A DNA stretch of 63,969 nucleotides, the filler included, from Choristocarpus tenellus KU-1152 (Eukaryota > Protista > Phaeophyceae): the NCBI GenBank assembly GCA_964200185.2. It is 7 parts of 7 records of this genome, joined end to end, with 100 filler letters (N's around TTAATTAATTAA, not from the genome) between each part and the next. Parts side by side here need not be neighbours in the genome. Positions count along the whole stretch, not along the records: positions 1 to 9,779 come from CAXNAD020003397.1; positions 9,880 to 16,839 come from CAXNAD020006962.1; 5 more parts are not named here. One strand, written 5' to 3'. A program made the position numbers and the translations under genes. Of this stretch, positions 1 to 10,310 are shown in pieces (position 1 is the first letter of the stretch; each line of letters starts with the position of its first letter). The notes under the pieces were generated by a model, which worked only from the letters and a program-made list of their open reading frames with translations, did no database searches and was not told where the DNA came from.

Positions 1-2455
1 TTACCCCCCAGGCACAGACCCCCCTCGGCCTGTCCTGATGGTGGTGCTAGAGCACTGTTGTACCTAGCTGGCGGATCTTCTCGTCCTCTTTTCTCCCCAG
101 CACAGTCCCGTCAGGTTTGCCCAGACGAACCCCCCTCCATACTCTTCCTTACCTCTATCACTCCTGAAGTGAGTATAGTGGCTACTACCTGGAGGAGCTT
201 CTCCCCCTCTTTCCCCTCAAGTGCAGCCCCCCCTGTTACTGAAGCACAGGATTAGGCCCTGCAGTACCCCATCCCAGACATGGATGATCGGCAGTAGTCC
301 ATTGTTATTGCAAGTGAGACACAGGGGTACTCTGTCCAAAGTAGTTGTTGCAACAAACTATAGACGCCACCAGTGGAAGTACGGGGACTGGTTGAGCGTG
401 ATAGAGTTACGTGTCTGGTGATAATTTGGGATTTTCACTTCTGACTCTTAAACTGAGTCAGAATGTTGAGGTGAAACCTTTTTCGAGGTCCCCACAATAT
501 CTTCCACAATCGGTCATTTATTATTTCCACCTACTATACAATCCCAGAGTATTTCTGTTACAGGAAGCACAAGTATTTCTTCCCGAGCAGTGTGTACACG
601 AGTGTGGAACCCCAGAAGGGGGAAAACTCCGATTTGCTAAAAGTTGCAGAGTAAGATCTGTAACTTGGGAACGTATGCAACGGTTCTCAGATGTATTTCA
701 ACATCTGCAAACCGAAATAAAAATAAATTGGTAGCTGGTGACAAACAGGCCCCACATGTCTCACTCTTAACTCGTACCAATTATCATATTCATACTTATT
801 GATTCATAAGAGTACCCTTATCTCCTGACATGATGTTCATCATCCTTGTTTGACCTTTTGACTGTCGGAGTATCCTGGGAGCCTTATACGAGCATCAATG
901 TCATGTATAGGCGTTGGATTGGAGCTATACATCCTGTGGAGGAAAGCCTTTGGAGCGTGCTGTAATACTTTGTCGGTGAGGCAAGTGGATTGCGAGCATA
1001 TTTTTACGTCGTTCTTGCACTGATATTATTGGGTTGTGCAAGGGCTTTTCTAGTATACACTCTTAAAGTGGTGAAGGGATGGAGGGGGGAAAATGTTGAG
1101 ATCGCCTTCCACAAGCACTTCAACGAGCAACTGAAGCCACCAAGCAAATGGAAGCACCAAAAAAAGGGATGCCATTGGGGCAGCAGTTGAACTGTCATCC
1201 AAAGTGCTTACACTAAACCTTGCAGTTTTTCAGCTGGGTCTGTGCACAGCTCTTTTGAACATAGATATGCATAGTGAAGCATTCATCACTAATTACGGTT
1301 TATGGTAGGGAGCTATTTGCTGGAATGGTCGATTACAATTGTAACCTGAGTACTGTGGTACATAGTTCTTCTTGGTCATGGAAAGGCCCACTGTGCTAAG
1401 AATGACAGGGGCGAACTTGAATCATACCATGTATCTAATTACAGACCCTCACCCTTTTTATGACGCTCACAAAGAACAGGGTGTGGAACCTTAAAAACTC
1501 GAATCAACAATTAGGAATTAGAAGGTGATCCCTCAACAACAGTGTAGATACCTTGTTGTGGCACATCAGTTTCATACTCACATCATACCTGACTGGAACA
1601 CTGTCTGCAGCTACGGCAGCACACAAATTGAGATAATCCATGCATGCTCATGTGCCCGACAAGTGGAAGGCAAAGCTGGGAAAGTTGGATGGCACAAAGA
1701 CAAAAAAAAAAAGGACAAAAAAGGAGAACTCTCCTGCATTTGTACCACGTTATTGCATTATGTAAGGACATATTGATTAGGCAACCTAAATCCCTGGAGA
1801 ACTCACTACCTACAAAATATCAGAAAAAGCCCTGCTCATTGAGAGAGCTTTGGTCATGAATGGTCAATACAGCAAAAACCTGTACTATCTTCGAGGGGAG
1901 GGTGATTACGGTATGTTGTTCATTCGGGGCTTGATGGGGTGTTACAAGATGCCCCAGTTTGATGCCCATTTTGCAGATTATTTTCCTTTGGGTTTGGTCT
2001 AGGCAGGGGGGTGAAAAAGGGAGGTATATTAAGATGAAGGAAATTGCCCTTACACCTGACACATTCACTCAGATGACATGAAAATCACTACGGGTTCACA
2101 CAGAACCCAAATGGACACCTGACCTCCCCTCTATGATACTATGGGTCGAAATTTCATATTTTACAAATTTGAGAAACACAAGGGCCCAAGTAAATTCTAT
2201 GGTAGGGCAGTGTTCACAAAATTCTAAGGGCTAGGTCAGTAGACAACATACACTGCCCGAGATCTAAGTTTCAGGTCACCCCCATGCCATTTCTAGGAAT
2301 GAATACAGATTCTGAAACCACAAACAGGGAGAGAATACACTTCAAAACGGTCTTGTAAGGTACAGTAGTAGCTCAACGGGAATACACGCGTTTCTTCAAA
2401 ATACAAACAAAACCCTGTCCTACAGACCTCCATGCCAGCACAAATGAGATCCCAA

Positions 2456-5400
2456 TCAGGGCAAGGTGGTGGTGGTGACGGCAGCAGCAGTTGTACACTC
2501 CCTATACCGAATTTTTTCGTGCATTCTCCTCACGTTCATCATGAAAAGATAGGGCGCAATATGGCACACCACCAGAACTATGATAAGACTGAGCGGTGAT
2601 CCCGTGGTCTGCCACAAAGCAGACACTACAAATGGCATAAAACTGACTCCAGAGTTCAGCCCTAGTATGATCACAGACGTACCCTCAGATGTGTTCAGCG
2701 TTATCTTGTTGTTCAGATCAAAACAATAGCTGGGAGATGGACCATTGCAAAGCCCAAAGGCAGCTACACAGATCCACAACACAGTATTGCTTGATGGGAA
2801 GAGGAGCACAACAAGCATGGATATTGCACCACCGCCATGGAGCAGAGTGCTGTGCTGGTAGAGACTTCGTAGTGAGAGGTCCCTCAGGTCAAGCATACCC
2901 AGAAATCGACCCACAGCCAAGGATGCCCACAGGACTGTGAGCAGGAGGTGTGCATTCTTCGAGGAGAGGGTGCTCATGTCATGCACGTACTGGGTCATGA
3001 ATACTGTCAATGGCACCTGTGAGAGAAACAACGAAAAAACCACCCCATCCCGCCCACCAAGAACATAAATTTTACGTGGATAGCGAGTGTGGTATGTTTT
3101 GGAGTGGAGGCCATAGTATCAGTAGGACTTCATGTGTGAGGGGTGTCAAAATGTTTAGCGTTTGATGAGGGCGGAAGGTGTTGTGTGATGTTGGAAGAGC
3201 TGACTTTCCACCCAGTCGGACTATGTTTTAAGTTAGGTTTTGGTTTAGTTGGCGATACAGTATGACTAAGAGACATCTATTGACGATATACCTGGATCTA
3301 CTTGTGCCATTTTGGGGGAACTATATATATGAATATATATATATTGGGTCATCTCGCTGAGCGCAGATCTCCAAATCGGAGTTAACAGGAAATTTCTGGA
3401 TTAGACGGCGGTCCAACGGGGCTATTTGCTTACATTAAGAACATTGAACTGGACGGCCAGGCAGCAAAACAACCACATCAAAGCATTAACCAAACAACTT
3501 AAAACGTTGAATACAAAGAACAAAGATGTCTTACTCGGATTCCAAAGGCCAGCAATATATTGCAAGATCTGCCACACAAAAGACACAACAGTTTGAGTTT
3601 AGATATTAAGCAAATCATATTCATTAACGTTGATTAAGAAATCATTGCTATCATTGATTTTGTCATTCAATAGAGTTTTAAAGAGGGGAGTTAATTCTTC
3701 CACTTGACCACATGAAAACAAGCCCTTCCACTTAAAAATAGAAAGGCAACAGCTTCCAGTTCTAACCAGAGTATCAGTCAGTCACAGCCACTCCAAAAGC
3801 AAGCAAAATTGCAATGCAGATGGCACAGAGATCTAAATCCAGAGCAGTAGAGTAGCGCAAGGAACTTGCACACCCTTGGTGCCTGTATCATGGGTTTCCA
3901 CTTAGGGGGAGTGTGGAAGGGCAAGGAAGGGAAAACTGGAGCACAAGGCGCCAGGAGCAATAACGCAGGAAACATCATTTCATCAACTCTATGCCTTCAA
4001 TTGAAATCTCTCCTAACCACTCCCATTATTGTTGATTGTTTCCAAGCATAGATAATTCTTGCACATGGAGTGCATCCTTAGGGACAACCACAAAACCCTG
4101 TGACGTGGAATAGACAAACCTTTGCTCCAGTGAGGAAGAACACCATTCCGCAAATGTTAAGCTCAATCTTGTATTTGTGCAAGAACCGGAACAAGAAGCC
4201 GAAACATCCAGTACAGCTCATGGTCTCGTCAACGTGGAGGACACTTGGCGAGTCTAGTTGTGGCACTACATCTCGCTTCAGATCATTCTCCAGCACCTTC
4301 ACTTGTTAAAAGAGGTTGACCAGAAAAAATATGTATCATTGGGTAGCACCTTGTTCGTAAAAAGATGAATGTTGAGATACCTCCGCTACACATCCTCAAA
4401 CACTTTCTTTCGACTTGTGGGCAACACATCAAAAAATAGTCAAAACAAGTACAGTCTATCTTTGATGGAGCAAGATCAAATGCAAACCAAGAGACAAGAG
4501 GATTGATGCAGGACGAGGATACGAAAGGCCTATGTGTCTTCGGTAAAACAGACTTGCCTCGAGTAGTCCAGCATGCTTCTCTGGCGGCGGCAACACAAGC
4601 AAGAAGACCCCTACGGCGGCGGCAAAGCCGGCGAAAACGCTCTGTCGAGCAACGAATGAGTCAGTCAGGATCGAGAGGGGGGGGGCCAAGGTCCCAATCA
4701 TGCAAAACATCACTGTGTTTGCCGCCAACCACGGCCCTGCCCTCTGTCCAACCGCCTTGCGCGTCATGAACTGAATCCCCACGGTGGTTACTCCTGAGCT
4801 GAAGCCATCAACAAAAAAGCTCATGTGCATCGCAAGGAGGGAATTAATGAAGGGGAGGTAAAACAAGAAACTTGACTGGCCAAGGACCGACATAGCAAGC
4901 ACCGCGTTGCCAGGCATCCAGCGGTAAAACTTGGCCGCGAACAAGTTCCCTATGACAGCTCCTACGCCACGAGTAATGAATGCAGAGCCCAACTGCAAGG
5001 AGAAAAGAGGGTAATAAACAGAGATATGTATTCTAGGGGATCAACTTTACCTCCGTGTGGAATCATGACTGGTTATTCTGGGAATTCTCGTAATCCCACT
5101 GAGGTGCCCAAGTCTTCGACAGGTGATTGACGATACGCCAGAGAGATTTACGATTACGCCAACACATTGACATGAATGATCAACTATCATGGTACTTTGA
5201 CAACATGCAGAACACAGACCTACTCAGAGGAACACAGTGTCCTTCCAGCGAAATTACGCCAAAATGGATCTACATGTGACCTACGTACCTCCAATAAGTT
5301 CCACAGAATGAACCTTGACATGGCATCTCAAGTGCAGGACAGCTTTGGGTCTCACCTCCGTATTTGCCACTGATGATACGTAGCCAATGTTCTTCCAGAC

Positions 5401-5694
5401 ATCTGCAACCGAGGCTCCTAGGATAACCAAAACCAACCCGCAAACACCCGAACAGAGCATGTACGCAATACACAATGAGTATCGGTACACAACCACCGAC
5501 TTTGGGACAACCATGCTGGATTCATGAGTACGAAGTGAGTGCAACGGTTGCAACGCTGATTTTTCATCGACTTGAGTAGGTAGGGCATTTGGAGTTCCTC
5601 TCTGGTCCCCAATGTGCACCATCCTCAAAAAGTAAGAATATAGTGGTACCACTTCCTTCACCCCAGAGTACAAGCTTCGTTTTTTTTTCGTCAT
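2456..5694 (-). CDS. MFS transporter (MFSD4/fucose-glucose permease-like); 4 exons approx. 5694-5356, 4992-4558, ~4296-4120, 3016-2456
   Basis: Hydrophobic ORFs join in frame at splice sites (ANTE|LGSAFITRGVGAVIG; GAK|VPLTVFMTQY). MFS-type motifs 'LWASLAVGRFLG' and 'FGLCNGP' are present. The start codon and the exon 3 acceptor are uncertain. Confidence 0.85.
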
Positions 5695-5778
5695 TTTTTC
5701 CTTTTTATGAAGAAAGAGCGCTCATATTGGGGTTCGAACAATGGATTGTAGGTCTCCAAGACTAACAACAGATACACA

Positions 5779-7126
5779 TTACTTGATTAAAGTATAGGTT
5801 TTGGTGGGAAAAAAGCCTCCCCACCCCTTCTTCCTGTGTGTTCGCGCACCCACTCTTTGACCTCGGCAAGGATGTCCTCGTAGGCGCCCACAAGGAAAAC
5901 GCCTCTCGTAGCGCCCTTGCTCCGACACCTTGATGTGGCCCTTAGTAAAGAAGTCTCTCTCCCATTTCCTCACAGTCTCTGACCTGACCATCACATATCC
6001 TGCTGCCATCTCGAGCGCCGTTTGACAGTCTTTCCCGTCATTCATAAACAGGTACAGGATTCGCAGTGTTCGAACTCTTGCTATCACATTTCCTCGTTGA
6101 ACGCTGGAAATGGGCGTTGTTCGTGTTTCCTGGGCGGGTGATATTTTGTCATCAAGGCGCAAGGGTGAGGGAGGACAGGCTTGAGTTGATCAAAAATGTT
6201 GTTGATTTGAGTCAAAGTATCTTAGAGGGTATAGCCGCGTCCGTTTGGGGGTCAAAATCTAATGTTGCGATTTTGATGTATTTTTGGCTACATGTTTGGT
6301 AGGAAGGGTCAATATCCTAGTTCCAGACACACCTTTTCATAACGTATGTAATGACCTACTCCAAAATGTTTCAGAGTAGGTAAAATGTCACAACGGCCTG
6401 TGGGAAGCCAAGTCCCAAATGAACAAACAGGTCAAAACTCGTACCCTCTAAGATACATTCACTCATTTCTCGAATGAATGCAGGCTGGGGGAAAGCCTTA
6501 TTAAACTTTATACACGTCCAGCCCTAAGTTCAGGAAAAAAGTAAATGTACGGCATCTTGTAAGAAGTGGGAGACATCAAACCATTGGTGTGCAAATAGTC
6601 TCAATCTCACCTCCTCTTCTTCCCTGGCATCCACGTCGATGGCTACCTCCACCTGCTTTGCGAACTTTTCAAAGTAAAGGGTTTTGTGGTATCGAAAAGT
6701 CTCCACAGCTGCCTTTGTTACGATCTCTTTCTCCTCCACCTTGCGAGCCCTTTCGACCTTCTTTCGGGCTTTAGAGCCCTTGTAGCCCAACCCTAACACC
6801 TTCTCTCTCACTTCCGGAAGCCACTCCGGCTCGCACAGCTTCCAAACAGCCAGGGCCTGCTGCAACTATCGACTACTAAGATATTCTACACCGGGTTTTC
6901 GCTTAGGCGCTTCCTGAGCGCAATGGTACGCGGTTGCACTGCTCTCTTCCCCAATCTTCCCTTCGGGTGGCCACCCCGGTTCTCCCTTCGCCTGCTGTGA
7001 CCAGGCTTCCCCACAGACTTCGTCACTGTACCACCACCTGGTGATGGACTCACCGCTCACTTCCTGATTTCCCGGGGCGGCAGAGACTGCAGAGCAGTGC
7101 TCCATATCAGTTGAAGATCCAACCAT
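5779..7126 (-). pseudogene. Decayed probable DNA-transposase gene (HTH-like N-terminal region), interrupted by a MITE
   Basis: ORFs 7126-6866 and 6865-6530 are in one frame, split by a single stop. 'SETVRKWERDFFTKGHIKVSEQGRY' continues after a frameshift as 'LVGAYEDILAEVKEWVREHTGRRG', a pattern I recall from eukaryotic DDE transposase N-termini. No catalytic domain is visible. Confidence 0.5.
6209..6464 (+). mobile_element. MITE family A (~256 bp), full copy with 4-bp TSD ATTT
   Basis: TIRs GAGTCAAAGTATCTTAGAGGGTA / TACCCTCTAAGATACATTCACTC. ATTT at 6205-6208 and 6465-6468. Confidence 0.9.
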
Positions 7127-8002
7127 GTTTGTCTGGTAATTCTTTCAATGCATCTTCTCTCAGCGTCAGCACCGCGGCCCCATGATCCATTTCACGATTT
7201 GATTATGCTACTGCGCCACAGTACACAAACTTTTCTTATCATCTAACATTGCACTGAGTATCACACGGTACTTGCTTTTCCGCCGCCTCTCGACAGAGAA
7301 GGTGCCGAGCGTACATCCAGGGGGCAGAGTGGCCTCGGCAGCTCTCCTTGTCTCACTGTCATGGTTTATGTTGCTGTGTAAGTCACGTGTGTGTGTGCTC
7401 ACAGAAATTCTGCAAAAGGCGTTAAAAAGATGTCCGGAAATCTTGTGGGGGTTTTCGGGATTGCCACACTGGTCAAACTTGGGCAGCAACTTACCCCGGA
7501 TCAGGTTTTGCAAAGAGTTTAGCCAACCACTTCATTTTTGTCCGTGTTGATGTCGTAACCTTCAAAAGTGTGTTGGAGATGTTGCCCCACGTTTTGTCCG
7601 ATATTTTATCGGGACATAGCTCCCGTTCCCCGAAGCCTGGACGTTCGTGGATACAAACCTTCAAAAGCTCTTGTTATACCCTTTCATTTGATATATACAT
7701 TGTTCAATAACCGTTCTGGCGTTCTTGTAAAAAAAAAACAAGATTGCCACAGAGGGCGAAGCTATTGGTACCACCTTATAAAACTGTTTGGTACAGGTAT
7801 GAAAAAATGGACACCACATAAGTTTGAAGACAACAATAATATCTGACATAATAAGATCTAGCCTCTACCAATCGTCGCCCCTTTTTTAGTCCAAGAATGT
7901 ATCCAATAAAGTTTCATCAGTTTGACGTCCCCTTGTTCTGTTCAGATGATATTGACATCCATTTCGGAATGAAAATCGACCTGACACAACATAGTGTTGA
8001 GC

Positions 8003-8254
8003 GTCAGTCGCCTCTAGGATCAGAAAGGTCTTGGGTTTTTTTAAAAGGTTGCCCAACGAGATAAACAATGATCAGCATATCGAATGAAAGCTCTTGATCT
8101 AAGCTAATGATTTCCGGAAAGAAATCATTTCGCAAAATTATTTTGGTAAGGTTAAAGTTTAACCGAATGTTTTCGGCACACCCTTGAAATTGTTTCGGAA
8201 TGAATTATCACAACCAAAATTTGCGGAAGATTTTTTTTTTTTGTAAATCGATAG
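8003..8254. repeat. Truncated copy of inverted-repeat family C (see 33975-34310)
   Basis: Matches the reverse complement of 34205-34310 (CAGCATATCGAATGAAAGCTCTTGATCTAAGCTA). Confidence 0.7.
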
Positions 8255-8262
8255 GTTAGGTC

Positions 8263-9230
8263 TTGAAAGTATATGGGGACACCCGCAATCTTCTTTTCCC
8301 CCTGGATGAGGAAGGGATGAAGATCCTGCCATCAAGATCAGGGGCACAACAGGGAGACCCACTTGGCCCCCTCTTATATTACATGGCAACACACAAGGCC
8401 CTTCAACAGGTCCAATCTGTTTTTGGACCCCAAGGGATTTCCTCCCGAAGCTGCCTGGACGACACATCCATATCAGCAAGGGAGATTGGCCCTAATACCA
8501 TAGCTGCTTTCGAGCAGTTAAAAATTGAACTCCGCGAGGTAGGCATTGACCTAAATGTGGACAAAACCTTTGCCGCACCTCCCCAGGGTCACCAACACAT
8601 GCCCTCAGAATTGGAGCTCCTCTCTGCAGCGGGAATCAACCTAGCCTAGGACCCCAATGGTTTTGTCACAATAGGGGCTCCTGTGGGAACAGATGGCTTT
8701 ATCCAAGCCCATATGGCTGAGGTGATCGAGAGGTCTGGGACACGAACTTTGGACACACACCTCAGCGAGATGGAGGACAAACAGGTGGCCTGGCTCCTCA
8801 ACTCCTAGTCCCTCTCCTCCCGCCTAGGCTATCTTGTTAGGGTCAATCCCCCCCACCTGGCACGCTCCACCATGGAGCAAGCAGAAAACACCTCGTTATA
8901 GACACTAGAGAAGAAAATGGAGGTGGAAGACTCAACAGAGGTGACAGATTTCTTTGAGGGAGGGTGCAACAAAGGGTCTCTCCGCCGAGAGACACACCTA
9001 TAATTACAGGCACAGATGTCCACAAGTGTGGGGGGTCTGGGCCTCTCCTCTATGAAACACCGCAAGCATGCGGCTTTCGTAGGATCACGGGATGGTCACT
9101 CTCCCCACTCTCCTGGCATGGCACCAAGGGCCTCATGGCGAGTCCCTCTCACAAGCTGTCTGCACGAGCCCCACAGTACAGGCTTTAGAATTGTCCATTC
9201 ACTCCCTCCTTTCCACAGGTATCCCCTCAG
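8263..9230 (+). pseudogene. Non-LTR retrotransposon reverse-transcriptase remnant, CRE-like
   Basis: Contains 'SGAQQGDPLGPLLY' and 'CLDD' (degenerate YxDD), later 'LGYLVRVNPP' and 'QAQMSTSVGGLGL'. Several in-frame stops. Confidence 0.8.
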
Positions 9231-9247
9231 AAGACCTTGCAGAAAAT

Positions 9248-9457
9248 GAGACAAATTATCTTAGAGGGTAGAACCTCGTCCATTTGGGGGCCAAAATCCA
9301 ATGTTGCAATTTTGATGTTATTTTTGACTATCATGTTTGTTTGGAGATGTCAATATTCTTGTTCTGGACACACCTTTCATAAGTTATACATATAGCCTAC
9401 TCCAAAACATTTTGGAGTAGGAGAAATGTCAATAAAAACCCGTGGGAAGCCGAGCCC

Positions 9458-9500
<43 letters not shown>

Positions 9501-9508
9501 AATGGACA
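9248..9508 (+). mobile_element. MITE family A copy; right end disrupted by a (TA)n(GA)n microsatellite and truncated
   Basis: Colinear with 6209-6464. The microsatellite at ~9458-9500 splits CCCA|AATGGACA. Confidence 0.85.
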
Positions 9509-9768
9509 GAGTGAAAGTATCTTAGAGGGTACGAGTTTTGCCCTGTTTGTCCATTTGGGACTTGGCTTCCCATGTCGTTTTTTAGTACATTTTACCTACT
9601 CCAAAACGTTTTGGAGTAGGTAAAATGTACATGTTATGAAAAAGGTGTGTCCGGAACAAGGATATTGATACTTCCTAACGAACACAATAGCCAAAATTAT
9701 ATCAAAATCGCAACATTGGATTTTGGCCCCATATGGACACGGCCCTACCCTCTAAGATACTTTGGCTC
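9509..9768 (-). mobile_element. MITE family A full copy, inverted and abutting the previous copy
   Basis: Both TIRs present. Internal palindrome ACATTTTACCTACTCCAAAACGTTTTGGAGTAGGTAAAATGT. Confidence 0.9.
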
Positions 9769-9779
9769 TTTGATCACCA

Positions 9780-9879
9780 NNNNNNNNNNNNNNNNNNNNN
9801 NNNNNNNNNNNNNNNNNNNNNNNTTAATTAATTAANNNNNNNNNNNNNNNNNNNNNNNNNNNNNNNNNNNNNNNNNNNN
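9780..9879. other. Artificial contig spacer
   Basis: 44 N + TTAATTAATTAA (stops in all six frames) + 44 N. Confidence 0.99.
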
Positions 9880-10068
9880 GGGGGGGGGGGGGGGGGGGGG
9901 CGTGGGTGCGCGCGGGGCGGCTGTCCATTTGGGGACAATGTTTTCATGTCGCGATTTTTGGGTTATTTGGTTGCGTACATCGGATGGATAATGTAAGTGC
10001 ATTTTTCTTATTTATGGTCCAAATGGACATCCTGGTGTATATCCCCCCCCCCCCAGATACTTCGGGTC
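9880..10068 (+). mobile_element. MITE family B (~180 bp, poly-G/poly-C subterminal tracts); left end lost at contig break
   Basis: Colinear with 26940-27120; ends CCCCAGATACTTCGGGTC. Confidence 0.85.
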
Positions 10069-10310
10069 AATAGTACACACTAGCACTAAACAACATTGAA
10101 TTTGTATCATCGTTCCCTAGTTTGTGGTATACCTTTCGGATGATATGCTATGGGTAACCTGCAACACCCTCCTTTACAATCTGACCCTATCCTTTTATGT
10201 TTTTTAAATATGCGGTCACAATTTCGATCCTTCCACACATCCTATCAAGATTCCGTCTTACACACGACACACACATGCCTGCTATGCAAATTCCACCATT
10301 CAACATTCAG

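Noticed and set aside
1-420. Weak similarity to 43280-43550, a possible shared retroelement remnant
   Set aside because: The resemblance is limited to low-complexity G/C-rich segments.
9780-9879. Recurrent TTAATTAATTAA flanked by N runs (six times)
   Set aside because: Synthetic six-frame-stop contig linker, not biology. Gene neighbourhood across it is meaningless.
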